From: Octopus bimaculoides | Lineage: Eukaryota | NCBI RefSeq assembly: GCF_001194135.2 | Contig: NC_068986.1 | Coordinates: forward strand, 39,305,510 to 39,366,758 | DNA: 61,249 nt | Direction: 5' to 3' | Shown: piece by piece, positions 25,745-37,778 of the stretch | Layout of the letters: the number at the start of each line of letters is the position of its first letter | Position numbering within the stretch: position 1 is the stretch's first letter | Notes under the pieces: generated by a model | What the model was told of the DNA's origin: nothing | What the model saw: only the letters and a program-made list of their open reading frames with translations | The model's database searches: none | Translations under genes and position numbers: made by a program

Positions 25745-25748
<4 letters not shown>
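25305..25748 (+). mobile_element. Penelope-like element remnant: about 125-bp terminal repeat plus inverted copy, enclosing a decayed GIY-YIG-like C-terminus
   Basis: 25305-25432 is an imperfect inverted copy of 25624-25748. The middle reads with frameshifts RR..IESV..STVREEQEKHICVFIN.DMG, ending next to a CTGACGA...GAAA motif. Confidence 0.55.
25632..25714 (+). ncRNA. Putative type-I hammerhead ribozyme motif (probably mutated at the cleavage triplet)
   Basis: AGC-CTGACGA (25635-25641), stem II gtagctag / ttagctat, GAAA (25702-25705), CATCTA, then GCT pairing with the upstream AGC. Confidence 0.5.
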
Positions 25749-25788
<40 letters not shown>

Positions 25789-26176
25789 CTGGATGCAGAT
25801 ATGGCCAAGTGGTTAAGAAGTTCACTTAGCATTTATGAAATCCTGGATTTGATCCCACTATAACATTTTGGGAAAGTGTCTCTTGCCATAGCTTTGGGCC
25901 CACTCAAGCCTTGCATGTGCAATTTGGTAGACTGAGACCATGTGAGAGCTCATCAAATGGATTGCATCTGTAATTCACACTAATTTTGCCTAAGAATTAC
26001 ATTAAGGGTACTATAATTCAATGAAAAGGTAGTTTAGTTGATCAAACACTGGAATATTTATTGTCAAAACTAGTAAGGGATCCATCGAATACATTATCAA
26101 CTATTGTTATTCTTTATCAAGAAGGTGTGGTGTTGTTTGAAAGAGATTTATTAGCAGATTATGTGACTACGTAGAG

Positions 26177-26506
26177 CAGGGGTTCTCAACCATTTTTTAT
26201 CTATGGATCCCTTTTGTTACTATTTTATTCTGGTGGACCCCCATAACCATTCGATGTTTAAAATGTAATTTTATAGAAACTTCTTCCAAAATTCTTATCT
26301 TGGTTTTTATTCATTAACTTGTGTAGGTTGAACTATGTAAAATGTTAGAGAAAGAAACCTAGCTGTTTCTTGTAATATATACCAATAAATACATCTCATG
26401 CAAAACTTTTTCAGGGACTCTTAAAATACTATTTTGTGAATCCTTACTTTACTATTTTGTTGCGTGGACCCCCAGGGGCCATATAGATCCTGGTTGAGAA
26501 CCACTA
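26177..26506. mobile_element. hAT (Charlie/Buster-like) MITE, 330 bp
   Basis: TIRs caggggttctcaacc / ggttgagaaccacta; 8-bp TSD acgtagag (26169-26176) / atgtagag (26507-26514). Confidence 0.88.
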
Positions 26507-26901
26507 ATGTAGAGTGTCCTTCTTTGGCTCATGTAATTCTCTGTGTTATTTTCTATAGTGATATACAACCACTCTTCCGAGAAATACCCTTGTCAAGAAG
26601 GTGTTATTAAATGACAAAAACCATCATGATCATCATCATTTAATGTCCGTTGGCCATGCTGGCGTGGGTTGGATGGTTTGACTGGGCTGGCATGCTGGAA
26701 GGCTGAACCAGACTCCAGTCTGATATTAAAATATTTACAATACACTGTAAACAATAATATTGCTGTAGCTTACCACACCACACTGTAAATAATACTTTAT
26801 AATGAGTGAAAGAGCTAGCCAAATCTCCCTCAAATAACACCTTTCTACTTTAAATGAAGATTCTCTCTTTCTCTCCCTTATATATATATATATATATATA
26901 T

Positions 26902-27712
26902 NNNNNNNNNNNNNNNNNNNNNNNNNNNNNNNNNNNNNNNNNNNNNNNNNNNNNNNNNNNNNNNNNNNNNNNNNNNNNNNNNNNNNNNNNNNNNNNNNNN
27001 NNNNNNNNNNNNNNNNNNNNNNNNNNNNNNNNNNNNNNNNNNNNNNNNNNNNNNNNNNNNNNNNNNNNNNNNNNNNNNNNNNNNNNNNNNNNNNNNNNNN
27101 NNNNNNNNNNNNNNNNNNNNNNNNNNNNNNNNNNNNNNNNNNNNNNNNNNNNNNNNNNNNNNNNNNNNNNNNNNNNNNNNNNNNNNNNNNNNNNNNNNNN
27201 NNNNNNNNNNNNNNNNNNNNNNNNNNNNNNNNNNNNNNNNNNNNNNNNNNNNNNNNNNNNNNNNNNNNNNNNNNNNNNNNNNNNNNNNNNNNNNNNNNNN
27301 NNNNNNNNNNNNNNNNNNNNNNNNNNNNNNNNNNNNNNNNNNNNNNNNNNNNNNNNNNNNNNNNNNNNNNNNNNNNNNNNNNNNNNNNNNNNNNNNNNNN
27401 NNNNNNNNNNNNNNNNNNNNNNNNNNNNNNNNNNNNNNNNNNNNNNNNNNNNNNNNNNNNNNNNNNNNNNNNNNNNNNNNNNNNNNNNNNNNNNNNNNNN
27501 NNNNNNNNNNNNNNNNNNNNNNNNNNNNNNNNNNNNNNNNNNNNNNNNNNNNNNNNNNNNNNNNNNNNNNNNNNNNNNNNNNNNNNNNNNNNNNNNNNNN
27601 NNNNNNNNNNNNNNNNNNNNNNNNNNNNNNNNNNNNNNNNNNNNNNNNNNNNNNNNNNNNNNNNNNNNNNNNNNNNNNNNNNNNNNNNNNNNNNNNNNNN
27701 NNNNNNNNNNNN
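26902..27712. other. Assembly gap (largest of 11). Others: 3099-3600, 10991-11407, 12251-12344, 20331-20594, 22139-22258, 32073-32172, 33171-33180, 36890-37062, 37966-38136, 40615-40624
   Basis: N runs, mostly bordered by (AT)n. Confidence 1.
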
Positions 27713-27850
27713 ATATATAATAGTGTACATTTAAACACAAGAGGAAACTACCTTCAACAGGCAGTTTTTGCATGCTAGAAAAAGTAGTCAAAACAACCAA
27801 AACCACATTTAAGAGCAAACTGGTAGTGAATTTTCTAAAAATTTACCACC

Positions 27851-27903
<53 letters not shown>

Positions 27904-28847
27904 TATACACATATGTATATGTATGTATTTGAAAGAAAGACAGAAAAGTTATGGCTGTAACATCTTTGATCATAAGTCTGCTTTGTCAAGGCTGATGTGG
28001 CCTAAAGAACAATAGTCTTATAGTCTGTAGCAAAGCTGCTAAACAACACCACCACTCTGTAACCCTGTTGCATAATACAACAAAGTATAAATATAGTAAA
28101 ATAGTAGAATCCAAGGAAATCAGTGATGTTCTATGGCAGCTAAAAGTAACACAAATAATTCAAACAGTGGAATAGATTTTATGAATATAACTTTTGAATT
28201 CAACATTTTATTGGCTTTGTGTTTCTTTATTTTTTCTGTTTCCCTTTTCTAGATAGCTTACTGCGATTAAACAAATAAAGCCGTCAGTCTAAGTTTTCAT
28301 GTTAACTTATATAGTTTAATAAACAATAAGCTAAGATGATCTTTATTTAGTTTTATTTCTTTCTTTGTGCTGTTCATGAAAATATCATATTGTAAACAAC
28401 AAATGTTTTTCTAAACAAGAAAACAAATCAATGATTCAATTTGGTTAACAATAAAGAACACTAGAAGTAACAGAAGACAAAAAGGAAAATTTATAGAAAG
28501 AAAAAAAATTAAATAAATTTAAGACTAAAGAAATGTTTGAAGTCCAGTAGAGAGGATATGATAGGGAATGCATGTAAAACATTCATCTACTTAAAGGTAA
28601 CATAGTAAAAATTTTGTTTGTATTGTTTCATTCCTTTTGCCATGTCCAGCAAAGAGCTGGAGGATTTTGTAAATTAAAAAGTGATTAAATTGTTTGTACT
28701 AAACTTTTCCTCCTTTGGTTCTGAATGCTGTTCTTGTAAACAATTTAAATGTAAAATGAGAATAGCCAAGAATACCGAGGAAAGTGTTTCAATCATATGT
28801 AAGGGGTAATTCTGCTTTGTCCCCAAAGCCTTATTATGATGAGATAT

Positions 28848-29496
28848 CACTAAAGATTTTATGTAGGTCAACATGGACAAGTTGTGATGCCCTAAACATT
28901 GTGTTTATTGGTCAAGAAGAAAAGCAGAACCATCACTACAAAATTTATGTTATGCAGGTCTTAAAGGACAAACTGCAATGCTTTTAAATATATTTTATGG
29001 TTATGAAGGTCATGAACGACAAATTGAGAGCTCCAAGAGATTTTATTTATGTAGGTTGTGAAGGACAAGTGGTGTTGCCACACTAAAGATTTTGTGCTGT
29101 GTAGGTCATGAAGACAAATTGGGCTGAATTCTAAAGACTTTGTGTTTATGTAAAACATGTAGGAGAAATTGAGATGCCACTAAAAATTTCATTTATGTTA
29201 CTCATGAAGGACTAGTTGAAATGCTGTTAAATATTTTGTGTGTATGTAAATTATGATGGACAAGATTAGATATCACTAAAACTTGTTTTATGTGGGACAA
29301 CAAATGCATCTACCACTAAACATTATGTCTATGTGGGTTTTAAAAGACAATTTGAGCTATGCTAAATATTTTGTTTATGTTAGTCATAAAAGACAAATAG
29401 AGCTGTCACTAAAGATTTTGTGTTTATATAGGTCATGAAAACAACTTGAGCTGCCACAAAAAATTGTTTACTTATGTAGATCATGAACAAGAAGCC
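28848..29496. repeat. Degenerate 46-49-bp tandem repeat, about 14 units
   Basis: Recurring cactaaagattttgtgtttatgtaggtcatgaaggacaaattgagctgc-like units. Confidence 0.8.
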
Positions 29497-29579
29497 AACT
29501 GATTCAGTCTCTAATCATATGTACATTTTGGAAAGTATTGGTTTAAGTGGGTACCAATACCAGGTTACAAATAATAGGG

Positions 29580-30388
29580 CAACTATCTTGACGAGTTTAG
29601 TAGAACATACAAATTAACTCCAGTACTTACTTTGAAAATCTGGTACTTATTCTATTAGTCTCTTTTGCTGAATGACTAAGTTATGAGGGACATAAACAAA
29701 ACAACACCAGTTGTCAAATGGTTTGTATGTTTGTGTGGAGGAACAAACACAGACACACACTTACATACATATATATATATACATAGGATAGACTTCCACA
29801 CAGTTTCCATCAACCAAATTTACAAGGCATTGGTTTGCCCAGGGCTATAGTAGAAGACACTTGCTCAAGGAACCATGACTGAACTGAAAACCACATAGCT
29901 GCATAGTAAACTTCTTAACCACAAAGCACTGCTTGCACATGTGTGTATGTGTGTGTGTGTGTATGTGTGTGTGTGTGTATGTGTGTGTGTGTATGTGTGT
30001 ATGTGTGTGTGTGTGTATTCTTTTATTCTTTTACTTATTTCAGTCATTTGACTGTGGCCATACTGCAGCACCACCTTTAGTTGAGCAAATCATCCCCTAG
30101 AGTTATTCCTTGTAAGCCTAGTACTTATTCTATTAGTCTCTTTTACCAAACTGCATTGGTTGTCAAGCAATGGTGGGGGAACAAACTCAGACTCACAAAT
30201 ACATACATATATACATATATATAAATACAATGGGCTTCTTTCAGTTTCTGTCTACCAAATCCACTCACAAGGCTTTAGTCGACCTGAGGCTAAAGTAGAA
30301 GACACTTGCCCAAGGTGCCATGAAGTGGGACTGAACCCAAAACCATGTGGTTGGGAAGCAAGCTTCTTACCACACAGCCACTCCTGCA
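29580..30388 (-). mobile_element. Two tandem SINE family A copies with microsatellite spacer
   Basis: Family A core and head recur at about 29580-29935 and 30016-30388. Confidence 0.75.
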
Positions 30389-31118
30389 TCTGTGTATATG
30401 TATTACAATTAAAGAAAGCAAACAAAAACCTATAGGGGGTGACAGGGATCTGACAGACATTTATCAGTCTCTTCTCAGCAAATCAAACCTTCCAAAAAAA
30501 CTGTCTAAGACCTCAAAATAGAAATTAGTTTGATGTGAGACATGAAAGTAAAAATTGTGTTGATAATTGGTTCACTGTGTATAACAATGAAAAAGAAAAT
30601 AAAAGAAAGAAAATGAATAAACATAGTAACAGAACCAACGTTTATATATACAATCCAAAAAATACCCCCCCCCCCATTACACATTAACACATTCACAAAA
30701 TACTGTTAGTTCATTCAGACAGAATATCTAATGTACCTCCCAATGCATCACCATCACCATCATCATCATCATCATCATTTAACGTCTGTTTTCCATGCTG
30801 GCATGAGTTGAATGGTTTGACTGAAAATTGGTAAACTGGGGAGCTGCACCAGGTTCCAATCTGATTTGGCATGGTTTCTACAGCTGGATGCCCTTCCTAA
30901 TGCCAACTGCTCCAAAAGTGTAGTGGGTACTTTTTACATGCCACCAGCATGGGTGCCAGTTAAGAAATACCAGTATTGGCCATGATTGCGGTCTCACTTG
31001 GCTTGACAGGTCTTCTCAAGAATTTGCTGTGGTACAATGCATTTACAATGACCAAGAACAATATTGGAAACGACAGAAAAACTCCACAATACAACATAGA
31101 TGCAAGCATGGCTGTGTG

Positions 31119-31153
<35 letters not shown>

Positions 31154-31165
31154 TAATAATAATGG

Positions 31166-31855
31166 TTTCAAATTTTTCCACATGGGCAGCAGTTTTGGGG
31201 GAGGGTAGAGTTGATTACATCAACACCAGTGTTCAACTGGTACTTATTTTATCAACCCTGAAAGGATGAAAGGCAAAGTCGACCTCAGTGGAGTTTGAAC
31301 TCAGAACTTAAAGATGGATGAAATGCTGCTTGGTATTTTGCCCAACGTGCTAACGATTCTGCCATTTTGCTGCATTATATAATAATAATAATAATAATAA
31401 CAACAACCATAGTCTGCTGGCTGTGGACAGCTGACACTTTCCATCACACCCAGCAAATTAGCTGAGTTTTCATCAAATAATAATATCAATCCTTTCTACT
31501 ATAGGCACAAGGCCTGAGATTTGAGGGGAAGGGGCTAGTTGATTACATTGACGCCAGTACACCACTGGTACTTATTTTATTGACCCTGAAGGGATGAAAG
31601 AAAAAGTTGACCTTGGTGGAATTAATCATAATAATAATCATTTCTACTGAAAGCACAAGGCCTGAAATTTTGGAGGGAGGGGACTAGTTGATTACATTAA
31701 CCCCAGAATTTCACTGGTAATTAAATTCATTGACCCTGAAAGGGTGAAAGGCAAAATCAACCATGGCAATATGAATTCAGAATGTAGCAATGGGCAAAAT
31801 ACCACTAAGTATTTTGTCCAGTGTGCTAATGCCTCTGCCAGCTCATCACCTTAAT
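31166..31855 (-). mobile_element. Three SINE family B copies separated by (AAT)n
   Basis: The core recurs at about 31230, 31560 and 31710. Confidence 0.75.
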
Positions 31856-32494
31856 AATAATAATAATGATGATGATGATGATGTTGACCTCTTGAAAAAA
31901 AGAAAAGAGTAAATGAAGGAATGAAGTGGAAGAGGAGGGGAGAAGAAGAAAAGAAGAGAAAGAAGGTGAGATAGAAGAGAGGGAAGAGGAGGAGGCAGAA
32001 GCGGAGAAGATGAAGATTTCACATATAACTAAAAGTAAGAAGATGGGAAGAGTAGGATAAAACTGAAAAAGGNNNNNNNNNNNNNNNNNNNNNNNNNNNN
32101 NNNNNNNNNNNNNNNNNNNNNNNNNNNNNNNNNNNNNNNNNNNNNNNNNNNNNNNNNNNNNNNNNNNNNNNNATTAAGTACCAGTTGCGTACTGGAGTCG
32201 ATCTAATCGACTGGGCCTCTCCACAAAAAATTCTGGCTTTGTGCCTGGAGTAGAAAAGTTTTTCTAAACTCTGTAGAAGAACTCGGAAGGTTGAGCCTCT
32301 AACGAGGCCTTTCGCGACACTCTTGGAGCCAGGAATACACCTTCATATACGACTGCATGTATTGTATATATGTATTGTGTATGTGTGTGTAAGTATGTAT
32401 GTGTGTGCGAGCGGGAGTGCGTGTATATGTACGTATATATGCATGTATGTGTGTATGTATGTATGTATGCGTGTGTATGTCTGTATGACTGCAC

Positions 32495-33480
32495 CTTCCT
32501 TTTAACTTCTACTTCAGTCATTAGACTGCGGCCATGCTGGGGCACCGCCTTGTAAAATTGTAGTGAGACGAATCAACCCCTGTATATACAATTGAGTAAA
32601 TATTTCTTTTAAGACCTGGTACTTATTCTATCGATCCATTACCAAACCGCTAAGTTACGGAGACATAAACAAACCAACACCGATTTTCAAGCGGTAGTGT
32701 TACACACACACACACGCACACACACACACACACACACACGATGGGCTTCTTTCGGTTCCTGTCTACCAAATCCACTCACAAGGCTTTGCTTGGCCCAAGG
32801 CTATATAGTAGAGGACACTCGACGTAGTGGAACTGAACCCAGAACCATGTGGTTGGGAAGCAAACTGTTTACCAAACATCCACAGCTGTGGTTCCGGGTT
32901 CACTCCCACTGCGCGGCACCTTGGGTAATTGTCTTCTACAGTAATCCCGGACCAACCAATGCCTTGTGAGTGAATTTAATAGGCGGTAACTGTAAGGAAG
33001 CTTGTTTTATATGTTTATGTGTGTCTTTGTGTCAGTATTCCCCCCACCCCAATCATTTGGCAACCGGTAATTTGTTTACATCCCCATAACCTAGCGACTC
33101 GTCAAAAGGAACCGATAAGTGTCAGACCTATAAAAAAAGCAAAACAAAAGACAACATAAGCGCTGAGTTTNNNNNNNNNNGCACATAATTTATAGGTTCA
33201 GGTGAGGTTGTATGGTAAGACGCTTGCTTCTCAACCGTGTGGTCCCAGGTTCAACCCCACTGCATGACACCTTGTATCTCCTACTATATACTCGAGCAGA
33301 CCAAAGCCTTGTTAGTGGATCTGGTAGATAGAAACTGAAAGAAGCCCATCATGTGTGTGAGTGTGTGTGTGTGTGTTTGTATTTGTCCTCCACCATTGCT
33401 TGACAACTAATGGTGGTGTGATTATGTCCCCATAACTTAGTAGTTTGGCAAAAGAGACCGACAGGATAAGTACCAGTACT
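32495..33480. mobile_element. Cluster of SINE family A copies: one minus (32495-32872), two plus (32880-33160, 33185-33480)
   Basis: Family A motifs in both orientations, head-to-head at about 32875. Confidence 0.75.
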
Positions 33481-35261
33481 TAGGCATGTTTGAATGGTTA
33501 AAGCAAACGTGTGGTTTTTGGTTTGGTCCTACAGCATGGCACTTTGGGCATGTGCCTTCTACTAAGGTCTGAGGTGGACCAATATCTTGTAAAATTGGTA
33601 GACAGAAACTGTACTGAAGCTCACCATATATTTGTGGGTGTGTTGTGTTGTGTTCATGTCCATCTTCATGTTTGTTTGTGTCCTGTAACCTAGTGGTTCA
33701 ACAAGTCGATATCAATATAGTAAGTTCCAGACTTGAAAATAAGTACTACTTGATATGATCAGGTAAACTATTAAAGTATAGTCACAGCCCAATGACTAAA
33801 ATCAGCAGTGACACATGAAAGGCAACCATGCCAGTAACACAAAAAAGGCAGGTGCTACACATTGTGGTGTGGTTGGCATTAGGAAGGGCATCCAGCCATA
33901 CAAAGTCAAGACAGGCTGGAGCATGGTGCAGCTCTCCAGCTTACCAGTTCCAGTCAAACCATCCAACCCATGCCAGCATGGAAAACGGATGCTAAATGAT
34001 GATGATGATGAACAAAAGAATCAATTCATAAATGGCTTTTAAAAAAAGACTCAATGCTAACAATATCAATTTCTGTGACATTTTATTTGCTTCTCATTTT
34101 CTTCTTTTTGATATTGAGTACTGTTTCTACATTATGTTTTGAAGAATGTTTTAAACTATTTCATATTGATAAATTGTTCATCAGACCAACATTATTCTCT
34201 TTCCTAAATCAGAAATATGATAGTTAGAATTAAATTCATTTCAGCCATTACAGGGGTAAAAAAAAAAAAGGAAGGACTAAATACTGACAGAAGAGTTCCC
34301 AGGATTGAGTTAATGAAAAATCTGCAAGCAGGTTTAAAATCTGGGATGTTGTTATTTATTTAATTTTTAAAAATATTTTTTTCCCTGTTTTATTAATAGG
34401 ATTATGAGGGATATATTTTTTATTCCTTCCAATTAATCATAGCTAATTGGGGAAAATATGTGACATGATTGTTATTTGTTTCAAGTTTTGATAGCATTTC
34501 ATACCAATGCACAAATATGTCTCTATATTCTAGAAACCATAGCAATAGTAAATTCAGAAATAAAACCAAAAATAACATAAAAGAAAAAAAAAAAAAAGAA
34601 AGCAAACAGAAAGAGTAATAAAAAACAAAATGGTAAACAAATTCATACAAAAATATACTAAAAAAATAGAGAAGTTAGTTGGTGGAAAGGAAGCCATACA
34701 GGGAAATGGCTTTCAAAGTTCTGTGTTTCTGTAAGGCATTAGCATTACTATTAAATATTGATTTGTTACAGATTGTTATCTGCTTCTACCATATCTATGA
34801 TAGAAGGTTAGTATTTTCTCCTACAATCATCAAATACTTTAATTCATGTGCTATACATTTTGTTTGAATAGTCAAGAGAAAATATCAACCAAATCATAAA
34901 TAGCTGTTTTGCAGAATTGAATGAATGCAAAGAAACAAATGTCCTTTGCTGAGGCAGAGTTTTAGTGAGACTACAATAGGAGGACAGGACGTTTTCTCTA
35001 TAGGATGTATGTCAGGGCAGTAAATACTTGTTCAAGAAAGGTAAATTGTAACGGACAATGGGGGTATTGTTTCAAAATTCATTCTATGTTAAGAATGATA
35101 AGAAGTAATTTTTAAAATAGTGATAATAATAATAATCACTTGTTAATCACAAGAGTTATGAAAGGGCATTACAAGAGCAAATTACAGAAATGGTGTGGAT
35201 TAACACAGAATTGCAAATGGAAGCACCAAGCATGGAAAACAACAACAATAATAGTGATTTC

Positions 35262-35940
35262 TTACACAGGAATGAAGCCAGAAATGTGGTGGGAGGAAAC
35301 AGTTGATTACATTGACTTTAGCATTTGGTTGGTGCTTACTTTATCAGCTACAGAAGAATGGAAAGCAAAGTCATTGTCACTCTGTAGTAATAATGATAAT
35401 AACTGCTAATAATTTAGGCACAATGCCAGCAGTTTTGAGGGGAAGGGCTAGTCAATTCCATTAACCTCAGTACTTGATTGGTATTTTATTTTACCAACCC
35501 TGGAAGTATGAAAGGCAAAGTCAATCTACAGTAATGGTAATGACAATTGTTTCTAATTTAGGCACAACTCCGGCAATTTTGAAGGGAGAGGACCAATCAA
35601 TTCCAGTGACTCTACTACTTGACAGGTAGTTTAATTTATTGACTCCAGAAGGATGAAAGGTGACACTAACTTTGGAGGAGAAAAGATAAAAGAAATATAG
35701 AGCACAGAAAAGATAGAAGAAACATTGGTTTCAAATTTTGGCCGAAGGCAAGTAAGTTTGGGGAGAGAGTAAGTCAATTATATCAACCCCTGTGCTCAAG
35801 TGGTACTTATTTTATCAACCCAGAAAGGATGAAAAGCAAAGTCAACCTAGGCAAAAATGAACTCAAAACAAAGATAGATGAAATATCACTAAGCATTTTG
35901 TCCAGTGTGCGAACAATTCTGCCAGCTCACCACCTTAGGT
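35262..35940 (-). mobile_element. Stack of about four decayed SINE family B copies
   Basis: Repeated gaaaggatgaaaagcaaagtcaa-like core. Confidence 0.65.
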
Positions 35941-36643
35941 AGAATAGATATTGCAAGGGGTGTTGTCTGACTCCTTAATGATTCAGCTAAACAACTGACC
36001 TATGCTTCTCACATAAGCACAAGATCTGATATTTTGTGAGGAACACCTTTCACTTGAGTTTTGTTTAACCACAGATGAGTTGGGGCTAGCTACTACAGTA
36101 ACAACTGCTTCTAGTAACCTGCAACTCTGACCCAATTGTTATTTTACTTTTACTTGTTCTGTCCAGAGGAAGAGTCATTCATTGTCAAGGCTTTTGGAGG
36201 ATCTCTAAACCAGTGAGACTGATGATATTAAATTTCCTCTTGAACCACTGCAAGTCAAAACTTGCAAAAAAGACATGAGTAGAGAGGAAAGGGTTCCAGA
36301 GAATCAACACTCTTAGAATGAAGACCTAGGTGTAGTGGCTAGTAAATGGCTGGAAAGTTGGATACATCAAGGATGATGAGAGGGAAGAACACAAGTAGGA
36401 CCAGAAAGCTTGAATGAAGATGGTATGAGCTCAGCCAGCACCAATAAGCAGAGACCATCATAATAACAATAAAAATGGCAGAGATAGAAGACAGCACACC
36501 CATAGGCCAGAGGGTGGATCATGCCTGAGTGACTTTATGCCAATCAGTCAGGCAGGCATTTTCATGTGCAGCAATACTGTCTCATATCTGGGAGCGATAT
36601 TCCATTGTATGCCTCACCTAAGCTTTGTAGAGACTCAATAGTT

Positions 36644-36827
36644 ACTTCTTTTACTTGTTTCAGTAATTTGACTGTGGCCATGCTGGAGCACCGCCCTTAG
36701 TTGAAGAAACCGACTCCAGGACTTATTCTTTGTAAGCCTAGCACTTATTCTATCAGTTTTTTTTGCCAAACTGCTAAGTTACGGGGACAAATACACACAA
36801 ACACATTCTTACATACATACATGCATG

Positions 36828-36889
<62 letters not shown>

Positions 36890-37220
36890 NNNNNNNNNNN
36901 NNNNNNNNNNNNNNNNNNNNNNNNNNNNNNNNNNNNNNNNNNNNNNNNNNNNNNNNNNNNNNNNNNNNNNNNNNNNNNNNNNNNNNNNNNNNNNNNNNNN
37001 NNNNNNNNNNNNNNNNNNNNNNNNNNNNNNNNNNNNNNNNNNNNNNNNNNNNNNNNNNNNNNACGACAGGCTTCTTTTCAGTTTTTGCCTACCAAATCCA
37101 CTTACAAGGCTTTGGTTGGCCCGAGGTCATAGTAGAAGACACTTGCTCAAGGTGCCATGCAGTGAACCTGGGACCATGTGGTTGGGAAACAAGCTTCTTA
37201 TCACACAGCCACTCCTGCAC
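36644..37220 (-). mobile_element. SINE family A, near-complete, gap inside
   Basis: Tail cagtaatttgactgtggccatgctggagcaccgcc through head cacacagccactcctgcacc. Confidence 0.8.
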
Positions 37221-37778
37221 CTGTTGAAGATTGAAATAACTTCTATCTCTAAATCAAAGGGTCAGATATTTGGAAGCAGCTCCTACTATGTTAAGAATGT
37301 GCTTTCATCAAGAGAGATCCTTAGTGACAGTGAATCCTAACATTTGTAGCACTTGTGAGGGCTCTAGCTGTATGGTGTGATGATTTTTTTTTTATTGTTC
37401 CTGAGTAGTGTTTGTGTTTCCTTGCTGCTGAAGAAGACAAAATTGACATATCCTCATCGGAGAATGCTTTCAAGGTCTTTTCCCATGGAATCCATACAAG
37501 TTTAATGTGTGATGCCAAAGTTGCATGTGGATGATACACGATTGGGTAAGATGAGGGAAAGATGAAGAATGGTATCTTCTGGGTAAGAGTAGGTATTGTT
37601 GGACATGACGGCAAGTAGGTCATTGATGTATAGAAAGGAATGATCAGCAAAACCCAAACCCTGGGGGCTGACTGAAGTTGATAGACTGAGGAACAGAAAG
37701 AGTTCTGACAACACATGTTGTGATAGAGTGAAATGATAAGAAACTCCTAATAAAAAATTAAAAAAATGAAAAATAAAC

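Noticed and set aside
26735-27818. Long ORFs (up to 331 aa) in the ORF track, here and at other gaps
   Set aside because: Artefacts of reading through N runs.
28110-28121. DFLG-encoding motif that could be a later copine exon
   Set aside because: Wrong order (upstream of the 104-nt exon), no acceptor, and the following residues are not copine-like.
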